A stretch of DNA of 64,000 nt from a virus: positions 30,431-94,430 of IMG/VR virus record IMGVR_UViG_3300037247_000961; one strand, 5' to 3'. Below the pieces are notes generated by a model. It was not told the DNA's origin. It searched no databases and saw only the letters and a list, made by a program, of their open reading frames with translations. The position numbers and the translations under genes were made by a program. Positions 48,906 through 57,416 of this stretch are shown piece after piece (within the stretch, counting starts at the first letter, position 1; the number at the start of each line of letters is the position of its first letter).

Positions 48906-49379
48906 TTACTCGGAGGCCGCAAGGGCGTCCGCGATAGCCTTCGCCAGCAATGCGACAAACGCATCAGCCTGAACGCCCGACTTGGCACTCAACGCAGAGA
49001 CCTCGTCGATGTTCCAGACGCGATCCGTTGCAATGTCCCGGTGACTGGTGTGCTGCTTGTTCAGGGCATCGGCATTGGCTGCCATATTCGTCAGCAATTG
49101 AACCTGGACCGTCCGGAGATTGCCCAAATGATCCTGTGCCGCCTGCGCGGCACGCTGCATTTCGATGCCGACGAAATCGAACGTGCGCTTGGTGTTGGCA
49201 TTCCACGAACGGGTCTGATCCAGAATCGCCGCCATGGTGGCTTCATCCGCTCCCACGTCGGTAATTTGGTCTTGCCGCGCAACAACCGAATCCCGCTCGA
49301 AGTCCGAAACCGTTCGCCGTGCTCCAATGCCCGATGCCGCTTCCGACGTCGCGCTCTCAGATACTGAGTCTTTCGCCAT
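48906..49379 (-). CDS. Ala/Gln-rich helical protein of unknown function
   Basis: SD GGAG, own leader hairpin; no Cys, Pro or Tyr. Confidence 0.65.
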   Translation of the reverse strand: MAKDSVSESATSEAASGIGARRTVSDFERDSVVARQDQITDVGADEATMAAILDQTRSWNANTKRTFDFVGIEMQRAAQAAQDHLGNLRTVQVQLLTNMAANADALNKQHTSHRDIATDRVWNIDEVSALSAKSGVQADAFVALLAKAIADALAASE

Positions 49380-49454
49380 AGTTGTTCTCCATTTATTGAA
49401 ATTACTCGTCACTAATCCACTTAGTAACGAGATCGTGAAACCGAACGCGCCTGC

Positions 49455-49991
49455 TTAGTCGTTGCCAAGCACGATGTATGAGATGTACAGTTCGCCGTCG
49501 ATGGTAAGCACGCTGTCGTCGCCGGTGATGTCTGCAGCGTCGACCAAGATATTAAGGTTCAGTTCGAGCGAGCCGTCCGTATTGTCGTACATGACACCGG
49601 CTTCGCCATCTGTGCTAACACTGCGTGTGCGAGGAGAAACTTCAGCCGTCGCAGCAGCGATATCTACGACCTTGATGATATCTTCCATCGTGGTCGCGAT
49701 GGGATCGGTATCATCGGTGCTCGGCGTTGTGCCGACACCATAATTGCCCTCCCACGTATCGACGAGATCGCCGTCTGAGCCGGAACCAGCGAACGTGAAG
49801 TATGAAGCCGCACCGAGGAACAGGATATTGCCCTCGGGGAAATCGCCAACAACGAGAGTGGCCCAGGCCGGTTGTCCGCCTGTATCCTCGGTCAAAGTGA
49901 CTGTCTTGGCCTTGACCACGAACACATCACGCACAATAGGCGCAACAGACTTGTTCGCGGCATCGTGGGAGCGAGGCAATCCTTTTGCCAT
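49455..49991 (-). CDS. probable capsid decoration / minor capsid protein
   Basis: MAKGLPRS...PEGNILFLGA...DNTDGSLELNLN; immediately after the MCP. Confidence 0.65.
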   Translation of the reverse strand: MAKGLPRSHDAANKSVAPIVRDVFVVKAKTVTLTEDTGGQPAWATLVVGDFPEGNILFLGAASYFTFAGSGSDGDLVDTWEGNYGVGTTPSTDDTDPIATTMEDIIKVVDIAAATAEVSPRTRSVSTDGEAGVMYDNTDGSLELNLNILVDAADITGDDSVLTIDGELYISYIVLGND

Positions 49992-50070
49992 TTGTCTTTT
50001 CCTTATGGTTAGAGGTTGAGGCGAGAGAGGGGCAGCCTAGACCGCCGCCTCCCGAGGCCCCGACTTAAAC

Positions 50071-51108
50071 CTATGCTTCCCGAGAAACCAATCTTGCGAA
50101 CTTGATCATCTTCCGCTCGGGGTACACCCGATTCCAGGAAGTGGCCACGTTCAGTTGATTGGCACCTGTGCCGTTGCCCGGCCCACCGTTCGGGGCCGTG
50201 CCTGTGTAGGCATGCCCGACCGGGTGAAGCGACCATTGCTGACGGGAGTAAAGAATCTCCTGCCCGCCGCCGTTACCGGCGCCCGCGGCGCGGACGATCT
50301 CGGTCGGCACCTTCGGGGGACTAGAGCCAAGCCGCAAGAAGCCGGCACCAAACAGCCACGAGTCGTAAACATTCGAGGCGTTGGGCATGCCGTCATCGAT
50401 CAACACCGACCGGCCAAGGAACGTGGGGATGTTGACCACACCGTTCGAGTCCGGAATGAAGTCGATCAGGTTGTTCTTCTGCATGCGGTTGTACACGACC
50501 GAATGAACCATGATCGCGACCAGGTCTTCCATCGAGTCGCCCATCGTAACGGCGGTGTCGAGGAACGCCTCGGCCGAGAAATTGGTCACGCCATCGACGA
50601 AGCTGGAACCAGAGATGTCGTTCTGGTAATCGCCAGAGTCGTTGGCAACGTTGTCCTTGATCACACCGTTCACGGTAGCGAGGACAATCGTTTGAAGGCG
50701 CCGGGTCCAATAGAAACCGACCCTGCCGATAATGGCATCGAGCGGATCTTCACCGGCCAGTACCGCGGACAGATCGGCACTCGACCAGGACTGGTTACGG
50801 TTCAAGCGAACCGCGATCTCTTGGTCGGTCTCGATTTTCTGCGGATTAGGAGAATCCGTTCCACCGGAGAAGCCAGCGGACGTCGAGGTATCAGTTGACA
50901 CCCGATCCGCGTCGCTATCCAGATCACGGAATGACGGAACGTTGAAGGTGAGGCCCCCGCCGGCCAGCATCTCGTCAATGGCAGGATCGCGCACCGCAAC
51001 ACCTGAAGTGATGATGCGAGCCTTCTCCTCCGTCAACTGCTGAACGTAAGGGGTGAAGATTTCCGGCACTATGACGTCGGAAACTTGGGTGATGGGACCA
51101 GCGGCCAT
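50071..51108 (-). CDS. major capsid protein
   Basis: T.VSDVIVPEIFTPY, GG.TFNVPSF.DL, MGD, MVHSVVY..M.K.NLIDFIP, HPVG, W.RV. Confidence 0.9.
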   Translation of the reverse strand: MAAGPITQVSDVIVPEIFTPYVQQLTEEKARIITSGVAVRDPAIDEMLAGGGLTFNVPSFRDLDSDADRVSTDTSTSAGFSGGTDSPNPQKIETDQEIAVRLNRNQSWSSADLSAVLAGEDPLDAIIGRVGFYWTRRLQTIVLATVNGVIKDNVANDSGDYQNDISGSSFVDGVTNFSAEAFLDTAVTMGDSMEDLVAIMVHSVVYNRMQKNNLIDFIPDSNGVVNIPTFLGRSVLIDDGMPNASNVYDSWLFGAGFLRLGSSPPKVPTEIVRAAGAGNGGGQEILYSRQQWSLHPVGHAYTGTAPNGGPGNGTGANQLNVATSWNRVYPERKMIKFARLVSREA

Positions 51109-51320
51109 GGGAAAATCTCCTTTGCAGGCTGGCTATGGGATAAACCATCGCCGAGCACCATGGCCGGGTCTGGAGGGATTGGAGGCAAAATCAGACTGGC
51201 CCATGGCCATCTGATTTCGCACCTTATATACACGATCTTGCATCAAGATGCAAGTCTTTTCTAGAACAAAAAGGGAATTGGGTAATATTCTTGCGTTTTT
51301 ACATCATTGGTCGATTTTGG

Positions 51321-51349
51321 TTGACTTGGAGCGATGGAAGGCTTATTTT
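51321..51349 (+). promoter_or_regulatory. sigma70-like promoter TTGACT-N17-TATTTT for the antisense island
   Basis: Hexamer spacing; direct repeat TTTTTACATCAT at 51296 and 51346; SD GAGGAGG downstream. Confidence 0.55.
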
Positions 51350-51373
51350 TACATCATACCGAGGAGGAACCCA

Positions 51374-51898
51374 ATGACCTTTACCGCCCCCACCACATAC
51401 GCCGAGGCCAAGGCCCTGATGGGCAAGGACGTTGAGACCCCCATCGGCACGCTGCACTGCACAGGCGCCGGGCTGCACGGAGTCGCCGGCACACCCACGG
51501 AGGAATACAGCATCAATTTCCACAACGCCAAAGGCAACGTCGCGATCTCTTGGTCAAGCATCGATGGCTGGGTCACCCTGGCCGAGCAGAAGGCGCGGAC
51601 CTGGAAGATCGGATACGACCGGCTGAGCACCGCAGCCCACAAGTTGCTTGACCTGGTCCTGGGCACCGAGCTTAAGGATATCCCGGTAGAGCGCCGCGCC
51701 AATGTTGACAAGCTCTTGCGGATCGCAAAGCGCCGGTTGATTAAGGCCGGCAAAATGACCCTCAAGACCTGCGCGCGCTGCGGCGGAGGAGGCAAGTTTA
51801 GCTACAACGAGATCGACGGGGACATGTGCTACGGCTGCGGCGGAAGCGGCAAGGTGCTTCCTACCACGACCGACGCCCTGCGCGTAGCGCGCAAGTAA
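51374..51898 (+). CDS. hypothetical protein with a DnaJ-type Zn finger
   Basis: CARCGGGG...CYGCGGSG; strong SD. Confidence 0.75.
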   Translation: MTFTAPTTYAEAKALMGKDVETPIGTLHCTGAGLHGVAGTPTEEYSINFHNAKGNVAISWSSIDGWVTLAEQKARTWKIGYDRLSTAAHKLLDLVLGTELKDIPVERRANVDKLLRIAKRRLIKAGKMTLKTCARCGGGGKFSYNEIDGDMCYGCGGSGKVLPTTTDALRVARK

Positions 51899-51911
51899 GG
51901 AAAAGGCAATC

Positions 51912-52085
51912 ATGATAACACCTATGAAACCCAACCGCGCATTTGAGGTTGCCAACTCGGGAGCAAAAACGGAAGCTCAGCGGGTGCAAGCAATTAAGGC
52001 GCTCAAACTGTTTGCTCGCCAAGCGCCGGAAGCAGCAGAAATCGCACAGGAAGCTTGGCGTAAACTTGCAAGGAGACTGCCATGA
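51912..52085 (+). CDS. 57-aa hypothetical protein
   Basis: MITPMKPNRAF...RRLP; ATGA-coupled to the next ORF. Confidence 0.5.
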   Translation: MITPMKPNRAFEVANSGAKTEAQRVQAIKALKLFARQAPEAAEIAQEAWRKLARRLP

Positions 52086-52243
52086 AGCTAAACAAAGAAC
52101 GGAAATCGCGTCTAATCGACGACCTGATCCAGGTAGCCTTGGATATTTTGCATCACGATATTGACATAAATGACGACGCGGGCAAGTGGGAAATTGAAAG
52201 ATTGCAAGAAGAATTCGGCGTAATCTTAGACGGCATGGAATAA
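52082..52243 (+). CDS. 53-aa acidic hypothetical protein
   Basis: SD AGGAG; MKLNKERKSRLIDD...DGME. Confidence 0.55.
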   Translation: MKLNKERKSRLIDDLIQVALDILHHDIDINDDAGKWEIERLQEEFGVILDGME

Positions 52244-52291
52244 AGGTTGGAGGACAGACCAATGACCTCTACCATCAAGGGAGATAATCAA

Positions 52292-52459
52292 ATGCCCTGG
52301 TACATCATAACGGACTACCAAGACAACGGCGCTGTAGCGCAGCGCCAATACATCGAAGCCAAGAACCGCAAAGAGGCACGAGTGAAGGCCGGCGAAATGC
52401 CGACCCTCAATCGCGTAACGGAAAAAGCGCGACTCGACAAAGACGGACGACTCGTTTAG
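52292..52459 (+). CDS. 55-aa hypothetical protein
   Basis: SD GGGAG; YIEAKNRKEA motif; stop overlaps the scaffold stop. Confidence 0.55.
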   Translation: MPWYIITDYQDNGAVAQRQYIEAKNRKEARVKAGEMPTLNRVTEKARLDKDGRLV

Positions 52460-53301
52460 GCCTTAGCCTTCGGCGCCGGCTGTCTCCCGCCGATGGATGT
52501 ACCGGCCGATGCTGCCATCCGTTCGGCCTTGGGCCTATCCTCGCGGATGGCCTTGCCCTGCTCCGTAAGGTTCCAATGCTCCTTTGACCACGGATTCTTG
52601 GCGAAGCCCGCCCCGCCAGTGCCACCGCCGGCACCGCCGCCCGTGGATGCCGGCCACCAATGCGGACGCTTCTCCTGCATCTCGGACAGCCAGATATCAG
52701 GGGCAATGCCCGGGGTCACACCGACCTGGTCACGGGTCAACACGAGGCCTTCGTCATTGATCTCGAACTGGCGCTCGGCATACATCAACACGTCGTCGAT
52801 TGCCGTATCGATGACCTTGGAAGCTGTAGCCGCCGTGCGCACTGCATCGCCGATGGTGCGAATGGTGTTCGCCTGCTCGAAGCCCAGGATCTTCTCGTCC
52901 TTCTCTTCCCCGGCCTTTTTCAGATCCAAGTTCTCACGGTCAGAAGTCACCTTGGCCGCAACAATGCGAGCCTCGGCCGCGGCCTTGACCCCCGCTTCGA
53001 ACTTCTCTTTGCCGTCTTTGCCGCCTTCGCCGGCCTCGGCCGCTGCACGCAACTCGGTCAGTTCGGCCAAGTCCGCATCGACCTTTTCCTTATCCATCTC
53101 GGCCCAAACGGCGACCTTCTTCTTGGACTCCTTGTGATCGGTGCGCTCCTTGCCGAGAGCAACGTTCAACTTGTCGACATCGGCCTTGGTGACAAGGCCA
53201 TTGATGCCGGTAAGCTGCCACTTGCCCTCGACCTCGGTGTAGAGTTCGATATGCGCCTCGGGAACGTCCTCTTTCTTTTCGTACATTAGTTCGAGTGCCA
53301 T
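52456..53301 (-). CDS. capsid scaffolding protein
   Basis: LY.E..GKW.L, L.KER..HK, PHWWPAS.GGGA.G, NPWSKEHWNLTEQG. Confidence 0.85.
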   Translation of the reverse strand: MALELMYEKKEDVPEAHIELYTEVEGKWQLTGINGLVTKADVDKLNVALGKERTDHKESKKKVAVWAEMDKEKVDADLAELTELRAAAEAGEGGKDGKEKFEAGVKAAAEARIVAAKVTSDRENLDLKKAGEEKDEKILGFEQANTIRTIGDAVRTAATASKVIDTAIDDVLMYAERQFEINDEGLVLTRDQVGVTPGIAPDIWLSEMQEKRPHWWPASTGGGAGGGTGGAGFAKNPWSKEHWNLTEQGKAIREDRPKAERMAASAGTSIGGRQPAPKAKA

Positions 53302-53387
53302 GACTCTCTCCTTTTTTGACCCGGCCACGCCGAATCAGTTGCGCGCCTCATAGGCGCAAGGAACTGTGCATCATGCACAGTTCCAAA

Positions 53388-53684
53388 TTAGATGCGTTTC
53401 CCCCAGTTGCCAGGGCCTTCGCCCTCGCAAACACTGGTCACCCACAACGAGTCATTGCCGTCAAGGATCACTTGGCCATTGACGCAAGTGCTTGACCACA
53501 CCCTGGTAACAATCATTGGCACCGGCACACCCATGTAAACCTTATTTCCAAAGTGCGCTTGATACCCATCCTTGCGGACTCGCATCATATCCCGATTATG
53601 GGAAGCATGTTCATACCGTCGATTGATGCTTGCCGCATCATCGTCCGACAATTGGTACAGAACGGTATCACCTAATTGAATCAT
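53388..53684 (-). CDS. hypothetical phage protein
   Basis: G..V.Y.L...DA..IN.R...PMIVTRVW...VNGQV.LDGND..WVTS. Confidence 0.7.
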   Translation of the reverse strand: MIQLGDTVLYQLSDDDAASINRRYEHASHNRDMMRVRKDGYQAHFGNKVYMGVPVPMIVTRVWSSTCVNGQVILDGNDSLWVTSVCEGEGPGNWGKRI

Positions 53685-53700
53685 CTTTCACTCCTTTTGT

Positions 53701-53775
53701 TGGTGCCGCGCCGAGGAATCGAACCCCGATCTGCCTCCTTACAAGGGAGGGCTCTGCCTGTTGAGCTAACGCGGC
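53701..53775 (-). tRNA. tRNA-Thr(TGT)
   Basis: Acceptor stem GCCGCGT/GCGCGGC, D arm GCTC AACAGGCA GAGC, anticodon loop CTTGTAA, T arm CGGGG TTCGATT CCTCG, 3' ACCA. Confidence 0.9.
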
Positions 53776-53825
53776 ATGTTGCTTTCAGCCTACATGCAAG
53801 CCTTAAATGTCGCCCGAAGGCAACA

Positions 53826-53999
53826 TCAACAAGCATCCGATTTGTTCCGCCGAGCAATCCACTCTTCATACTCGGGGAACTGGCCTCGCTCCGTGAGGCC
53901 TGCGGTCGATCCGATCATGACCGGCTTGCGATAGAGCGGGTCACTGGGATGAATTCGGCCTCGCGTTAATAGTGCCTCGGCCTTTTGTAAATCGCTCAT
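53826..53999 (-). CDS. 57-aa hypothetical protein
   Basis: SD GAGGAG; MSDLQKAEALL...KSDAC. Confidence 0.5.
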   Translation of the reverse strand: MSDLQKAEALLTRGRIHPSDPLYRKPVMIGSTAGLTERGQFPEYEEWIARRNKSDAC

Positions 54000-54024
54000 T
54001 TGATCTCCTCGGTTCGGTATAGTA

Positions 54025-54065
54025 GGAGTGCAGGAATTCTAGAAAACTGTGAATTCCTGCACTCC
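54025..54065. repeat. perfect 15-bp inverted repeat
   Basis: GGAGTGCAGGAATTC-N11-GAATTCCTGCACTCC. Confidence 0.85.
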
Positions 54066-54117
54066 AAGTATAGCGGCCGGCAACCTAGCGCCGACCCCAG
54101 GCCCCAATGGCCACAAG

Positions 54118-54963
54118 TTACGAGATGTCGGCGAGTACCGAGCCGTCGATCTGTGACTGCCAGAACTTGGCAATGTTGTGCGCCGCTGGGTAAACCCGCG
54201 CACCAGTCGCCGTGAGAGACCCAAGGAGCACTTCTTCCATCGCCTCGGCGACAGTCGTAACCGTGCTGACCAGGGTCGTGATGCCCGTGCCCGCGTCGGT
54301 AATGTCCACGGCCGTCCCGGCCTCGGCCAATGCCTTGGTTGTGGCCAAGCTGAACGTGTCGGCACTGAGGCGAATGACCCAGTAATCCGTCCCGGAGGCA
54401 CCATTCTCCAACGTGGCATTATCGGCCACCATCGTGCCGCCCGTGGAGGCCAAAGTGATGGCATCACCAAGCGTGGCATCGAGTGTACGAGCCACGATGC
54501 GCAGGATCGTGGTCGCCGCAACATCGGTGATAACGGCCTTAACGGAATCGTTTCGAGCCGTGTCCAGGTCGTAAGTCGTCGCCGCTGCAAGGATATCCCG
54601 ATTGATCGCCGCCGCGAGATTGGCCATCGACTTGGCCGTGCCTACGGTCGTCGCCGCACCAACATCGATATCTCCGTCCGCCGCCGGAGTAGCGATGTAT
54701 GTATACGCCTTGCCAGCGATGGTAATGGTATCGGTCGCAATGGGACTCGTACACACGAAGAAGGAGAAAGAGTGCACGGCCTCAACGAGACCAGCCGGAG
54801 CATCAGCGACATTGTTCATGACCTTGTACGGACCTGCGCCCGTTTGAAAGCCATGCGCCGTGGCAGTGCAGATATCGGACGCCGCAGCAGTGAAAACGGT
54901 CTTCGGCCCATAGGGGAGTAACGCTCCGCCCTTGGCCGTAATGAATAGTGCTTTGGTAGTCAT
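54118..54963 (-). CDS. Ala/Thr-rich virion (head-associated) protein
   Basis: TAHGFQTG...YWVIRLSADTFSLATT..A.AGTAVDITDAGTG module interrupted by a second module; structured leader. Confidence 0.7.
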   Translation of the reverse strand: MTTKALFITAKGGALLPYGPKTVFTAAASDICTATAHGFQTGAGPYKVMNNVADAPAGLVEAVHSFSFFVCTSPIATDTITIAGKAYTYIATPAADGDIDVGAATTVGTAKSMANLAAAINRDILAAATTYDLDTARNDSVKAVITDVAATTILRIVARTLDATLGDAITLASTGGTMVADNATLENGASGTDYWVIRLSADTFSLATTKALAEAGTAVDITDAGTGITTLVSTVTTVAEAMEEVLLGSLTATGARVYPAAHNIAKFWQSQIDGSVLADIS

Positions 54964-55052
54964 GTCATTAGTCCTTTTCCTGTACAGGTTGGTGGATCAC
55001 ACCATGCGATCCAATATCACCGCCTGTCGATGCATCAACAGACGGCAAATTC

Positions 55053-56276
55053 TTATACCGCAACACCCGCCGCTTTAAACGCGGCCCCGTGCGCAGCGGC
55101 TAATTGCTCAAGGGTGAACAGTTTACCAGTTTGGTCGACGAATTTGTCGAGCGTCAATCCGCCATCCCGGAACAGCTTGCCGCGCGAAACGCCAAGCACG
55201 TCGTTTTGAAACTCGGACGTCTGCCGACCGAGGAATTCCTGATATGTGGTCTTGGCTGGCGCCCGTCCAGTCAAATCCCGCATACGCTTCTGGGCGAATG
55301 AATCAAATGGTCCCTTGTGCCCTCTGGGCAAATTGGCTCGATTGCCTTGTACCTTGAGTCCATTCTGACGGCTATACTCACGGACAAGTCCCTTTTGCGT
55401 AAATTGGCGAATGGGGCGGTTGCCTATGACCTCTGGGGTCAGTACAGCAACGCGCATTGAGCGGCATTGAAAATGAACCGGCGGAATTGGCCCTTTGCCA
55501 ATCTCATAACGATTGCCGTCTAGGCTCATGCAAATATGCGTCGTGCGACTGTCCAATGTTGCAACGTACATTTCCTCTGTGAACAGGTCTTTGTTCTCAA
55601 CGTAATAGAGTCGCTTGGCATGGTTGGCAATGCCGTTGACCGCAGTGCGGGTTACTGCTACAGCCTGTCGCCGTGTGATCTCTGTCACTCCGTTCACACC
55701 GCGAAGGCGCTTTGTGCCCACAATACGGCGGGCGATCTGCGGTCCGGTTTCTCCTTGGACCATTCCGATTCGAATTTGTTGCTCAATGCGGGTCAGGTCT
55801 GCACGTGCAATGGTGTCCGCCCATTGCTTCATCGTCTGACCTTCAAACGGCTTGCTCGTCACAATGGCCTTAAGGAAACTGGTTTGCGGGATCACTGTAT
55901 CCAGGATCACCGGGACACTGCTCTTGAGCAATCCGTCCATGAAGCCCGGCTCCGCTACGGCCAAGTCCTGCATCTCTTTCACCCATAACGCAGTGACTTG
56001 CTTCCACGCTGTAATCCGGGTGCCCCGCAAGACCTTAATCAATCGTTGCATACGGATGACATCGGCCGGGGTATTAAGCCCACGGCGCCCAATTAGGCGA
56101 CTTCTGATCTTGTCCGCCATGTCTTGCTCAGTTGCATCGAGCAGCGCAATGACGCGCTTACTGATCGATCCCGATAGACGCATGAGTCCAATCTGATGCC
56201 GGATCACGGAATCAAAGAATACCTCATTGAACGTGAGAACGCCGCCGGGTAACTGTTTGGTTGGGTCGATGGTCAT
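55053..56276 (-). CDS. head morphogenesis protein (MuF/SPP1 gp7)
   Basis: RTAVN, YVATLDSRTT.IC..LDG, PP.HFQCRS. Confidence 0.9.
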   Translation of the reverse strand: MTIDPTKQLPGGVLTFNEVFFDSVIRHQIGLMRLSGSISKRVIALLDATEQDMADKIRSRLIGRRGLNTPADVIRMQRLIKVLRGTRITAWKQVTALWVKEMQDLAVAEPGFMDGLLKSSVPVILDTVIPQTSFLKAIVTSKPFEGQTMKQWADTIARADLTRIEQQIRIGMVQGETGPQIARRIVGTKRLRGVNGVTEITRRQAVAVTRTAVNGIANHAKRLYYVENKDLFTEEMYVATLDSRTTHICMSLDGNRYEIGKGPIPPVHFQCRSMRVAVLTPEVIGNRPIRQFTQKGLVREYSRQNGLKVQGNRANLPRGHKGPFDSFAQKRMRDLTGRAPAKTTYQEFLGRQTSEFQNDVLGVSRGKLFRDGGLTLDKFVDQTGKLFTLEQLAAAHGAAFKAAGVAV

Positions 56277-56279
56277 TGG

Positions 56280-56741
56280 TTAGATAATGCCCAGTTCGGT
56301 GAGCCACGCGCACGTAGCTCTGGCGTTTATGTGCGTGATCCAAAGACCACCAGCATCGATCCATAACTGCCTGTGCTTTTCATAATCATCGATCAACAGA
56401 TCGCCGGGCTGGCAAAACGTATGCTTATCCTTGGCGCGACACGTAATGATTTCAGTGTCCGGTGTCAAGTGCCGCTTGCACCATTCCCGTTTGTTGTCCT
56501 CTGCCTCTGCCTCGGCTACTGACGACGGGATGCCGGTCAGCACGATGGGCTTGTATGGATACAACCGATCCCAAAGCATGTCTAGGTCCGGCATTTGCGG
56601 GATGGACTGGTAAAAACCCTTATGCTCCCGCACCGCTTTCCAGTCCACTCCTCCTGGCCGCATTGGCACCTTGCCGAAGGTCTTAAGGTAATGCTTATCA
56701 AAGTCGGCCAGCACCCCGTCCATATCGACATAGATTTGCAT
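56280..56741 (-). CDS. HAD-family 5'(3')-deoxyribonucleotidase
   Basis: YVDMDGVLADF, LTG, K..W, LLIDDY...W...GG. Confidence 0.85.
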   Translation of the reverse strand: MQIYVDMDGVLADFDKHYLKTFGKVPMRPGGVDWKAVREHKGFYQSIPQMPDLDMLWDRLYPYKPIVLTGIPSSVAEAEAEDNKREWCKRHLTPDTEIITCRAKDKHTFCQPGDLLIDDYEKHRQLWIDAGGLWITHINARATCAWLTELGII

Positions 56742-57157
56742 TAGGCCTCCTTCTCCAATTCTCGGTCGGTTAATTCAAATTTAGCCTTTTCATCAACCAA
56801 CGGCGACTCACCAGCCTCACGCTTAGCCTTTGCAGATGCCCGCGAAAAGTCGTGCTTGCCACGGACAAGTTGCCATTGACCGAAGATCAATTCGGTCTCG
56901 CCCGTGTGCTTACCGTCCACATTTGGCTTGTATGCCACGGCCCACCCCGTATTGTCGCCCGGCGCATAGATCTCAATGATGGACTTGATTGTCGGTTCGC
57001 CATCGAATAGAATCGTCCAATCAACGCTATGGATATCCTGTGGCATGTTCAAAGGCACACTTACAAACATACCTCGCGCCGCAAGCTTGGCCAATGTGAC
57101 CGGCGACGTTAATACATTATGCATGATAGATTCAGCAACGCTTGGATGATCACTCAT
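56741..57157 (-). CDS. hypothetical protein
   Basis: Operon packing. Confidence 0.55.
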   Translation of the reverse strand: MSDHPSVAESIMHNVLTSPVTLAKLAARGMFVSVPLNMPQDIHSVDWTILFDGEPTIKSIIEIYAPGDNTGWAVAYKPNVDGKHTGETELIFGQWQLVRGKHDFSRASAKAKREAGESPLVDEKAKFELTDRELEKEA

Positions 57158-57416
57158 TGTCCTCGTCTTCCTCTTGGGCCTTAATATAAACGGCGATTTC
57201 CTCATCCGTCATTGGCCGGAAATCACTTATCCCTGCAGTCTCGCCCGCTGTTGAAATCGCAACATCAACCAAGGACGCTGGGATATCCTCCTTTATGGCC
57301 TTCCCACCGCCCACTGAAACAACAGCGTTAATTCCCGCTGCATCGCTTGTCAGGTATACGCTCAAACTTATGCGCATTCCTTCAGGCAACCTTACCATCT
57401 CAACTCTCCTTGTCAT
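57150..57416 (-). CDS. hypothetical protein
   Basis: DFRPMTDEEI..Y acidic end. Confidence 0.55.
   Translation of the reverse strand: MTRRVEMVRLPEGMRISLSVYLTSDAAGINAVVSVGGGKAIKEDIPASLVDVAISTAGETAGISDFRPMTDEEIAVYIKAQEEDEDNE

Noticed and set aside
48906-49379. R-body (Reb) gene
   Set aside because: Only a QITD tetrapeptide and composition match; single copy, no reb cluster
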